From Verrucomicrobiota bacterium (GTDB lineage: Bacteria > Verrucomicrobiota > Verrucomicrobiia > Limisphaerales > AAA164-E04), in assembly GCA_047947115.1 (NCBI GenBank), contig CP170459.1:2784001-2848000 (forward strand): a stretch of DNA of 64,000 nt, read 5' to 3'. This document shows, in pieces, positions 37,400 through 46,159 of the stretch (the stretch's first letter is position 1; each line of letters opens with the position of its first letter). The notes under the pieces are model-generated. The model ran no database searches. It saw only the letters and a list, made by a program, of their open reading frames with translations, and had not been told where the DNA came from. Made by a program: the position numbers and the translations under genes.

Positions 37400-40240
37400 A
37401 TGGTAAATGTGTTGACGACTCCTTTACGAACATTGGGACACCTTTTGATGTTTCCTGTTGTGCTGGTGATATGCGGTCTGTTGGTTGGAATGGGGTCGGC
37501 ATTGGCACATCCTGCTCAGGTGCATATCAAGATTTTGGTGGTGGTTTGTCAGTATGCGGATACGGAAACTCCTGAGCTGAAGAGTCGGCAGTGGGCGGAT
37601 GAGTTGAATCTTGGGATCAATACGCTTTATGCGACCGCCACACATCAACAGGCTCCTGAGTTTGAGTTTATTCCAGTTCCCGGGGTGTTGGAGTTGGACG
37701 TTGATTATTCGCCGAGTGTGTCGATGGCAGATGATGATTCGACTTTGGTTGATGATCCGGGGGTAATCGATCGGGAGGGAGTTTTGGCATTGGAATACGC
37801 ACGGAAAATGGTGCCGGAATATTTCGCTCAACCTGTATATCTGCTGGCTGTCATCAACCGGCACAAGGAAGGACGTGCGCGTGGTTTATTTGAATTTCCG
37901 CTGGTCTCAGAGGTCCAGGATGGTGTGAAAGTAAACGCCGCGATTTCGGTGATCTCTGATCCTTTTGCGGACAGGCGGTTGGAGGTTGATTCGGTGGTGC
38001 CCCAGTCTGCTGCAGTGGATACGGATGGTGATGGCCTGAGTGATGAACAAGAGCTGGGCTTGGGAACTTTGCCGGACCGGGCGGACAGTGATGGAGATGG
38101 TTATTCGGATTGGGTGGAGGTCACGTTGAGAATCAGTGATCCGTTGAATTCGATCTCAAAAGTGAGTCTTCCTGACAAGAGTATCTCTTCCGTGGCTCAT
38201 TTGGTGGGCCATCAGATCGGTCTTCCCGGGTTGCATCAGGACGAACGTTATGTGCGCGAATCATCCTACGGCTATTGGGGCCTCATGGCGCAGGACAATT
38301 CTCAGGGATTGAGTGGGTTTACGCGGTTACATGCACAGTGGTATGACACCAAGTTCGGGGAACTGGTCATTGATATAGAGCCTGGAGGTTGGGAGGAACC
38401 TCTCTTTTATCTGGTGGAACCTTCTTTTCAATTCATGGGTGCATTTTTGCCTCCGGGCGTGTTTGAACTTGTGCGTATTCGCAGGCCTTCACTCCCCGAT
38501 GTGTTGCTGGAGGCGCGCCCCAAATTCAGTGTGGATGCCTCCAGATTTGCGAATGGCTTTTCCGGTTTGGGGGATTTTTCGGGACTTCCTTCCAGTTATC
38601 AACCGGGTGTGTTGGTTTCAGAGATCGATCCGGCTTATGAAGGGCAAGTCTTTCCCTATCCCGGACAGTATGGTGTGCCTGTTGCGCGGGTGTTGCCGCA
38701 TGAGGAAGGTGATGTTTCAAGTCCTGGAAATGAGGATGTCCCAATCGCACTACAGGATGCCACCATTCAGGAACAACAGGTATTTCAGGATGCCTATGGT
38801 CTGGAGATTCAAGTCGGTAAGTTTGATCGCTTTGAGGGGAGTTATGAAATCTCGATCAAGTCTGAATCATCTCCTGCTTTTGCGGATTTGACCATTACCG
38901 GTGCCTGGCTCGATAGCGCCGCCAATGGTTACGGTTCCTTTTTGTTTGGTCGGGATGAACTTTCAGGCGATCCTCGCCTGGGGTGAGACCCGGTTCATTG
39001 GGTGCAGCGGCCTGAGTTTCGTTGGACCCATTCGCTTCCCGATGTCCGGCTTCATGCTGGGGCTTTGGAACATCGCGCAACCTTTCGCATTCAAAATGTC
39101 GGTACGGCTGATGCGTTTCATATCGAAGGCACGGTCTATGTCTTGCCTGCGTCCACCTTGCCGGTGGGGGATAGCATGTTCGATCCGGAAGTGCTAAACG
39201 CTTTGGCTTTATCTCGGGAAAAGGTGTTTCTTGAGCGTTTGAAAGCGGAAGAGCATGCTGAGGTTTCTGTGTCGTTTTTTCCATCCGGGCCGGTTCAGGC
39301 CATTTTGATACTTGATTCGGTTTCGAACGAACTGGTCACTCACAATAATCGTCATCGGTCCGTTTTCTGGGCCGAATATGCTGCGTTGGACACCTTTTAT
39401 CCAACGATTGAACAAACGGTTCAATTTTACAATGGGACAAGCTTTCATCACCATCTGGTGGCTCAGGTATCAGCTTTGCCCACCGGGTGGGTGGAGAGAT
39501 TAACCGTTCCGGATTCAGACGATTTGAAATGGTCGACACCACTCCAGCCGGGAGGTTCGGAATCGTTTCAATTAAATATTCAACCACCACCTCCAGCAGA
39601 GACACAACTGGGAGTCATCGAGCGGATTATCATGGATACCTGGATGGACTATGGCGATGGAGCTGTGCCGTCGGGTGATCTTTCTTTGAAGGTGGTGTTA
39701 TCTCTGCCAACATACATTTCGCTGGAAATGCAACAAGAGGAAGATCAGACACTGTTGACGGGTGTGCTGACTGTTGGAAAAGAGGGAAACCCTGTCTTAA
39801 AGGATGGAGTCATCGCGGTTGAAATCACCGGCTCGAATGGAACTCAGCAAACCATCTTTGCCACGACATCTGCTGATGGGCGGTATTCTGTTCGAGCGGT
39901 TACTGAAAGCGACACAGGCTATGCCGCCGTTGCCAACTTCATTGGCAATGATACCTACGCTCCATCTCATTCATCTTTGATTCAATGGGGAGCAGCCGTC
40001 CCTCCTGAGCAAGGTCAAATTCATATCAAACGCATTCTGTATGAAAATGGAATAGTTCACCTGGGTATCTCCAACACATTCCCAACCCTCATCCATGTGC
40101 AACTCCTGGTCTCAGACAATCTGCTTCAATGGCGGGAGTTTGAACGCATGGAAATCCCGCCAGGGGATTCCCAATGGACCGTTGACACGGCTACTCTTGA
40201 TCAAACGGCCTTCTTTCGAATGGTGAATGGTGAATGGTGA
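37400..40240 (+). pseudogene. Secreted M6/immune-inhibitor-A-like protein with DxDGDG repeats, interrupted by one in-frame TGA at 38984-38986
   Basis: ORFs 37343-38986 and 39002-40240 are in the same frame; AHLVGHQIGLPGL and YWGLMA resemble M6 motifs; DTDGDGLSD/DSDGDGYSD repeats; signal peptide. Confidence 0.65.
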
Positions 40241-40242
40241 AT
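40218..40242 (+). repeat. Heptamer tandem array (GAATGGT)x3, site C left
   Basis: gaatggt x3 plus gaat; encodes MVNGEW-stop and abuts the stop of the four-helix-bundle gene. Confidence 0.95.
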
Positions 40243-40592
40243 TATTTGCGGGTTTTTTTGATGATGGTGGTGAGGATGGCAATAAGCTGATTGGATTCAT
40301 CTATGAGTTGAGATAGTTTTGATTTGGGAATTACGTTTGTGGTTGAAATGAGGCGAAGCCAGTAGTGGGTTTCGCGGGCTTCTTTACATGCTATAGAAAG
40401 TTTGGATGTAAAATCTGCCTGACTCTGGCTTGCTTGCGCTTCTTCTACGTTGGCTCCGATAGAGGTTCCAGAGCGAAGAACTTGGCCCGCCAGTATGCGC
40501 GATACTCCAGGTTTCTCATCCAATACCTGACAAAGGTTAATAATTCGTACAGAAAAATCAAAAGTCCGACCGACGATATCTATCCCATTCAC
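40242..40592 (-). CDS. Four helix bundle protein (TIGR02436 / 23S rRNA IVS protein-like)
   Basis: RTFDFSVRII, QVLRSGTSIGANVEEA..SQSQADF..KLSIACKEARETHYWLRL and ESNQLIAIL motifs; GGAGG SD before the GTG at 40592. Confidence 0.95.
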   Translation of the reverse strand: MNGIDIVGRTFDFSVRIINLCQVLDEKPGVSRILAGQVLRSGTSIGANVEEAQASQSQADFTSKLSIACKEARETHYWLRLISTTNVIPKSKLSQLIDESNQLIAILTTIIKKTRK

Positions 40593-40601
40593 CCCATACC
40601 T

Positions 40602-40636
40602 CCAATTCACTATTCACCATTCTCCATTCTCCATTT
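40602..40636 (-). repeat. Heptamer array, site C right
   Basis: Minus strand aaatgga gaatgga gaatggt gaatagt gaattgg, from the TAA of the prepilin gene to the SD of the four-helix-bundle gene. Confidence 0.92.
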
Positions 40637-41423
40637 AATTCCCACCCTCGGTGGGCTTCAGCCATGGGGTTCCTGACCAGTACCATTTTCGGGCTTGCAT
40701 GGATTCGACGTGGCTGTCGGTGAATGCGACGTTGCTGGTGCCGCCGCTGTGGCGCAGGTGGGGGCCGCCCCAGTTGGGATCACCCGCTGCTGTGACGCAT
40801 CCACCGCAAGGTGAGCTGTCGCCGGGATCATGGACGATCCAGCAGCCTGCTTTTTCTTCGGAATCGACAGTGACGCATTTTTCGGGATCGGTGGTGTTGA
40901 CAGGTTGACTGCCCCCATCGGTCATGTGAACGACGCTTGAGGGATTGCGTACATCGGTGTCCCTCAACTGACGCCATGTTTCCTTGTCCCACACGTTGGG
41001 CCAATCACACCCGCCGAGTCGAAAATTGACGCTGTAATTGGAGAGCGCACGGTCGGCTTGATCACTTGGGTAAATGCTGAACAGTTCGTTGAATTTACGG
41101 GTGCGCGTGGGGCAGAGCAGGAGATTGGTGGTTTGCTGGTAGGAAGCGAGAAAGTTGAACCAAGCTTTACGTTCCACATTTGAACCCCGGACAGCAAAGG
41201 TGAACACATAGCGTCCATCATTGTCGTCGGAGTAAATGCGTGAAGCCAATCCCATCTGACGGAGGTTGTTCACGCAACTGATTTGCTTCGCTTTCTCTTT
41301 GGCTTTGGACAGTGCCGGTAAAAGCATGCCCGCCAGAATGGCAATAATGGCGATGACGACCAGGAGTTCAATGAGAGTGAATCCTGCGAGGTGTTTGGGT
41401 GGGTTTTGTTCAGTGGATTGCAT
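40635..41423 (-). CDS. Prepilin-type N-terminal cleavage/methylation protein (DUF1559 / H-X9-DG-like)
   Basis: [36 protein letters not shown], and C-terminal [16 protein letters not shown]. Confidence 0.93.
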   Translation of the reverse strand: MQSTEQNPPKHLAGFTLIELLVVIAIIAILAGMLLPALSKAKEKAKQISCVNNLRQMGLASRIYSDDNDGRYVFTFAVRGSNVERKAWFNFLASYQQTTNLLLCPTRTRKFNELFSIYPSDQADRALSNYSVNFRLGGCDWPNVWDKETWRQLRDTDVRNPSSVVHMTDGGSQPVNTTDPEKCVTVDSEEKAGCWIVHDPGDSSPCGGCVTAAGDPNWGGPHLRHSGGTSNVAFTDSHVESMQARKWYWSGTPWLKPTEGGN

Positions 41424-41691
41424 GATGGTGTTTTTTGAGTTGAATGCACAGTCCAACGTCAGCTGTCTATTATTGCTTTAGTGGATGAGTGTGATATTTC
41501 TCCATACCTTCTCTAAAATCAAGGTCAATTGTTTGGGCGCAGTTCAAAAACCAGAAATCCATAACCGGAGGGGTAAGCTCCGTCTTGCACCCACTTCAAA
41601 CCTCAGTGCTTTGGAACCCATTTCAAGCTGCAATGGAAACGTCACGGTCATTCGATGAACGATCGTCTCCCCCCGTTCCATTGCTTTTACT

Positions 41692-41705
41692 CGGAAACGT
41701 TTTCA
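41692..41705. promoter_or_regulatory. Possible LacI-family operator in a divergent intergenic region
   Basis: CGGAAACGTTTTCA matches 12/14 of the palindrome TGAAAACGTTTTCA. Confidence 0.3.
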
Positions 41706-41859
41706 AGGGGAAAGTTTGGGGCCAGTCCCGCATGCGGGATCACCCCTCCATTGTCTGAAAATGAACTGCGTCCGTTCTGGCTTTGTAGATTACTTTCTTG
41801 TTGCCTTGTTGGGGATTCCTTGATGGACTTGATCCCATCCTAATAATAGAAAAAATCCT

Positions 41860-43116
41860 ATGCTGAAATTGCGTTGCATGTTGATGGCCACAGTCGTTTG
41901 TTTGACTGGTGGTTTGAACGGTGAAGACTGGAATGCCTTTCGAGGTTCTGATGGAACAGCGGTGAGTTCGGAGTCCCATGTGCCAGTGTCCTGGTCCCAG
42001 GAGAAAAATATTGCCTGGAAGGTGGAGTTGGCCGGGAAGGGGACCTCTTCTCCCATAGTGAATGGTGGGCGTGTTTTTGTGACTACTCAACTGGAGAACA
42101 ATGATCTTCAGGTGATGGCTTTTGATTTCCGGGACGGTTCGCAGCGATGGAGCCAGAAAGTGGGGAACGGACGATTGCCCACACACGAATTCCACAACAT
42201 GGCCACCCCAACACCTGTTACCGATGGAAAACACCTTTGGGTGTTTTTTGGGACGGGGGATCTGGTTTGTCTGACAGCTGACAACGGGAAAGAAGTTTGG
42301 CGTCGCAACCTGCGAACGGAGTATGCCGATTACAACACCAATCACGGTATGGGGAATTCTCCTGTCCTGCATGACGGAACCTTGTTTGTGGCTTGCATGC
42401 ACCAGGGACCATCCTATCTGATCGCCATTAATGCCGCCAATGGCGAGACCCGCTGGAAAGTGGATCGCAACCTCAACGCTCGTGAAGAAGGGAATGATTC
42501 CTATTCAACACCCGTTTTGGTTGATGTGGATGGGACGACTCAAGTGGTATTGTCCGGGGCCGAAAGCCTGAATGCCTATGATCCCATGACTGGAAAGGAA
42601 ATCTGGAGATCGGGTGGGATGGAGGTGCCGCATCCTTATGGGCGCACTATCTCAGGACCTACTGCCGGGGAAGGAAAAGTGATTTCGGTGGCTTCCGGTT
42701 TTCGCAATCAAGGTTACGTCATCGGTGTGACGCCAAAGCGCAGTGGTGAAAGTGTTTCTGTTGAGCGTGACTGGACTCAAAAGCGTTATGCTCCCGATTG
42801 TCCGACACCGGTCATCTACGAGGGCAATATATATACGATCCGTGACGATGGAATGGCTTCCTGCCTGGATCTTGAAACCGGTGAAGCTCACTGGCAGGAA
42901 CGTTTGTTCGCTGAAAATGTCAAAGTCTCGCCTGTCGTCGCAAATGGTTACGTTTACTTCACCACAGGTCGCGCCAATACAAAAGTGGTCAAGGCTTCGG
43001 ACAAGCTTGAGATCGTCTCCTCAAATGAATTGAACGAGGAAACCCTATCCACCCCTGCGGTGAGTCAGGGGAGCGTCATCATTCGGACCTTTGATCACTT
43101 GTATCGGATCAAGTAG
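41860..43116 (+). CDS. PQQ-binding-like beta-propeller repeat protein
   Basis: Signal peptide, DWNAFRG, WKVELAGKGTSSP, repeated G...W propeller motifs, STPAV. Confidence 0.9.
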   Translation: MLKLRCMLMATVVCLTGGLNGEDWNAFRGSDGTAVSSESHVPVSWSQEKNIAWKVELAGKGTSSPIVNGGRVFVTTQLENNDLQVMAFDFRDGSQRWSQKVGNGRLPTHEFHNMATPTPVTDGKHLWVFFGTGDLVCLTADNGKEVWRRNLRTEYADYNTNHGMGNSPVLHDGTLFVACMHQGPSYLIAINAANGETRWKVDRNLNAREEGNDSYSTPVLVDVDGTTQVVLSGAESLNAYDPMTGKEIWRSGGMEVPHPYGRTISGPTAGEGKVISVASGFRNQGYVIGVTPKRSGESVSVERDWTQKRYAPDCPTPVIYEGNIYTIRDDGMASCLDLETGEAHWQERLFAENVKVSPVVANGYVYFTTGRANTKVVKASDKLEIVSSNELNEETLSTPAVSQGSVIIRTFDHLYRIK

Positions 43117-43123
43117 GCCGTTC

Positions 43124-45007
43124 TTATTTGACGGAGATCAGCGCTTCGATCCAGTCGTTGAGTTTGACACTTTCCGATGCCACATCGGCTGTGATCAAAT
43201 AGTTGCCGGTGTTATTCGGAGTTTTCAAGGTTACTGACAGTGTTTTGGTTTGGTGAGGGGGGATGGTTAATTGCCCTTCCTTGCTGATTACTTCGAGTCC
43301 ATTCCATCCTCGGGGTGTGATGGTAAAGGTCCTTTCCTTGGGGGAATGATTTGTCACTCTCACTTCCACTTGTTGAGTTTGACCGGGTGCTGTGTCCACA
43401 CCGTAAGGATAAAAGACTGCCCATTGTTCATCGATGCCATAATTGAGGTCATCCCAGGGAAACAGTTCTTCCAATGTGGCGGCTCGTTCGCGGTATTTGG
43501 ATTCAAGGTAGTCCAGTTCTTCGCTCGAGAAGCGGAAAATATAGGGAATGTGTTCATTGATCATCCAGGTGTTCTCCGGTAGTTCGCGCAGCATGCGCAT
43601 GCAGCGGAAGTAGCCGGTGTCCTCGCGCATCAGGTTTCGATTGAGCAGGCAATAATCGTCCAGACCGGAAGGCGCAAAGGAATCCCCCACGAAAAAGATG
43701 GGATCTTGACCGGATTTGTTCACGAGGAGGGCTCCGTGGTAGAAGGTTTGCCCGGGGTAAAATTGGAAGGTGAATTTGAATTCACGCCAAGCCATCTCCG
43801 TGCCGTCCTTCATGGCGATGATTTCCTGGATGGCGTTGGTGGTCAGGGCTGGGATGTGGTAGGCGTCGGGTTGCATCAAAACGTCCGCATACTCGGTGGT
43901 GGCATAAACCGGGCAGTTGAAAGTTTCCGCCGCCTTTTGAACCATGTCAGTGTGATCATCGTGGATGTGGGTGACAAAGATGCCTTCCACTTTTTCGATG
44001 AGACCACTTTTGATCAGATTTTGAATCTCATCGATGACACGTTGATTGCCACAGTCCAGCAGAAACGCAAAACCGTCCCTGGAAATGATCAAACGTGAAG
44101 TTGAGAAGCCCTTGATCCATTCCGGCGTCTGCACATGAACCGAGTAGGGCATGAGTTCCACTGCCTCCTTAGATCCCAGAACACGCTCGCCGCACAAGCG
44201 CATGCGATCTTCTTTGAAATACCAGTTGAGCGCATTGGTGGACAGGTAGTTTTTGTAAACGGATTGGACACGGGCAATCAATTTGTCGATGGACTGCGCT
44301 GGCGTTTCAATAACCGGTCCACGAGCGGGGATGAGTAGATCCGGATTGAGCGCTTTGATTTTTTCCAAACTGGAGACAAGTGCTCCCAATCTTCCGGCGT
44401 AGCCATGATAACCCCCGACCTTTGCTTCCGGTATGGCGTCCTGCAGGCTGTAAAGGTCGATGAGTTTGCCATCTCCAAAAATGAGATCACCGGTGAAAAT
44501 TACCGTTTTGCCGTCCATTTCTGTCAGGTAGGATACCGAGCCCCGCGTGTATCCAGGGGTGTCGATCACCGAGCATTTCAAGCCATGCCAATCGATCGTG
44601 TCTCCTTCTTTGACCCAACGGGTGACAGGGAGGGGGATGGCGTTGACTTTTGTTGTTTGCTGGGCGTAGTCATGAAATCGTTGGGTGGTGAACCCATCCC
44701 AATAGGCCTGGGGCGTTTCCAGCCAATCCCGTTCCGCATCCGGTGCGGCCATATGCGTGCCTTCCCGAAATTTCCTTGCCGGTGCAACGACGTCACGTCG
44801 TCCGTGTGTCAGCAGGGCCATGCGGGGTTTGGACGATTCGGACTGCGGATGGGGCGCATAAACTTCGATCGCGCCGGATTCCGATTCCAGTCTGATGCTG
44901 TTGATGGGGCCCGAGTGAAAACGGATGTGTGGGGTCAGGTTGGCTGCATGAAGCAGTGAACTTGCCCATATAACAGCGAAACCTGTACCGATCAAAACGA
45001 ATCTCAT
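43124..45007 (-). CDS. Exported tandem MBL-fold metallo-hydrolase with a C-terminal Ig-like domain
   Basis: Domain 1 THGRRD..TPGYT..FTGDL (degenerate); domain 2 THIHDDH..PGQT..VGD (canonical HxHxDH). Confidence 0.82.
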   Translation of the reverse strand: MRFVLIGTGFAVIWASSLLHAANLTPHIRFHSGPINSIRLESESGAIEVYAPHPQSESSKPRMALLTHGRRDVVAPARKFREGTHMAAPDAERDWLETPQAYWDGFTTQRFHDYAQQTTKVNAIPLPVTRWVKEGDTIDWHGLKCSVIDTPGYTRGSVSYLTEMDGKTVIFTGDLIFGDGKLIDLYSLQDAIPEAKVGGYHGYAGRLGALVSSLEKIKALNPDLLIPARGPVIETPAQSIDKLIARVQSVYKNYLSTNALNWYFKEDRMRLCGERVLGSKEAVELMPYSVHVQTPEWIKGFSTSRLIISRDGFAFLLDCGNQRVIDEIQNLIKSGLIEKVEGIFVTHIHDDHTDMVQKAAETFNCPVYATTEYADVLMQPDAYHIPALTTNAIQEIIAMKDGTEMAWREFKFTFQFYPGQTFYHGALLVNKSGQDPIFFVGDSFAPSGLDDYCLLNRNLMREDTGYFRCMRMLRELPENTWMINEHIPYIFRFSSEELDYLESKYRERAATLEELFPWDDLNYGIDEQWAVFYPYGVDTAPGQTQQVEVRVTNHSPKERTFTITPRGWNGLEVISKEGQLTIPPHQTKTLSVTLKTPNNTGNYLITADVASESVKLNDWIEALISVK

Positions 45008-45046
45008 GACTTAACTTGAACTGGATTGAATATTTGCTGCAGGAGA

Positions 45047-46159
45047 TTAAAACTCAAAAGCATAGATGGTGGTGCTTTCGAATGTTTCTCCGGGGCGCAG
45101 GATGGTGGATGGAAATTCCGGATGATTCACTGAGTCCGGGTAATGTTGAGTTTCGAGACAGAACCCGCGCGGGTTGCCGGTGTAGAGCTGGACGCCCGGT
45201 TGATCTGTGTAAACTTTCATGATGCGGCCGCTGACAGGTTCTTTGGCGGTTGCGGTGTGAACAATGCTTTGGCCTCCACCGATAATGATGAAGTTGTGAT
45301 CATACAGGTGGGGTCTGGGTTGGGTGTCGTCCGCGCGTTCTCCGATTGGGTGAGGCGTTCTGAAATCCAAAGCTGTGCCCTCCACGGAACCGATTTTACC
45401 GGTGGGTATCAGTTGCCGATCGGCCAGTGTGTAAGTCGCCGAGTTGATCCACATCTCATGGTTCTCAAACCCGCCTTGATCGGCGAGGTTGAAATACGCG
45501 TGATTGGTCAGGTTGATCGGGCTGGGTTTATCCGTTTTAGCAGAGTAAATGAGTTTGACCTCATTGGCATCCGTCAGCACGTAGGTGACACTGACTTTCA
45601 TGTTACCCGGGAAACCTTCCTCGCCATCTTTGGCTTCGTAAGTGAGTCTCACGGCTGAGGCATTGTCTTTGAACGGCATTGGATCGGCTTGCCACACCAC
45701 TTTGGCGAATCCCTTGCGTCCGCCGTGGATGTGATGTGGACCGGCATTGCGGGTGACTTCGTGCTCCTTGCCATCGAGTGTGTATTTGCCATGTGCGATG
45801 CGGTTGGCAAACCGACCGATGACCGAGGCGGAAGGGTATCCTTTGACAAAAGGATCCAAAGATTCCTCGCCCTGAATCACGTTCAGGAGACCTCCCTTTC
45901 CATTTGGGATGTTGATGGCGGTCAATGTCGCCCCGTACTCGATGAGGCGAACTTCCATGCCGTTGGCGTTGCGAAGAATGTATTGCTGAACCGTCGTGCC
46001 ATCGTCGAGTTGTCCGAAAATGCGTCCTTCGATGCGGCTGAAGGCTTCGGTTCCTGCGGGGGTGAGTTGTCTGTGCTGGTTGCTGTTGTTTGATGAATCG
46101 GCTGACATATTCATTTGAATGACCGTGATGGCCAGAGTTGTGATGATGATGTTTTTCAT
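45047..46159 (-). CDS. galM: Aldose 1-epimerase (mutarotase) with signal peptide
   Basis: GRFANRI, HGG, GEEGFPG, NLTNHAYFNL, QPGVQLYT and CLETQHYPDS motifs. Confidence 0.93.
   Translation of the reverse strand: MKNIIITTLAITVIQMNMSADSSNNSNQHRQLTPAGTEAFSRIEGRIFGQLDDGTTVQQYILRNANGMEVRLIEYGATLTAINIPNGKGGLLNVIQGEESLDPFVKGYPSASVIGRFANRIAHGKYTLDGKEHEVTRNAGPHHIHGGRKGFAKVVWQADPMPFKDNASAVRLTYEAKDGEEGFPGNMKVSVTYVLTDANEVKLIYSAKTDKPSPINLTNHAYFNLADQGGFENHEMWINSATYTLADRQLIPTGKIGSVEGTALDFRTPHPIGERADDTQPRPHLYDHNFIIIGGGQSIVHTATAKEPVSGRIMKVYTDQPGVQLYTGNPRGFCLETQHYPDSVNHPEFPSTILRPGETFESTTIYAFEF

Noticed and set aside
38984..38986. Selenocysteine codon
   Set aside because: It is not in a redox or Cys-like motif and the downstream hairpin starts almost immediately after the TGA; a nonsense change or error is more parsimonious, though Sec is not formally excluded.
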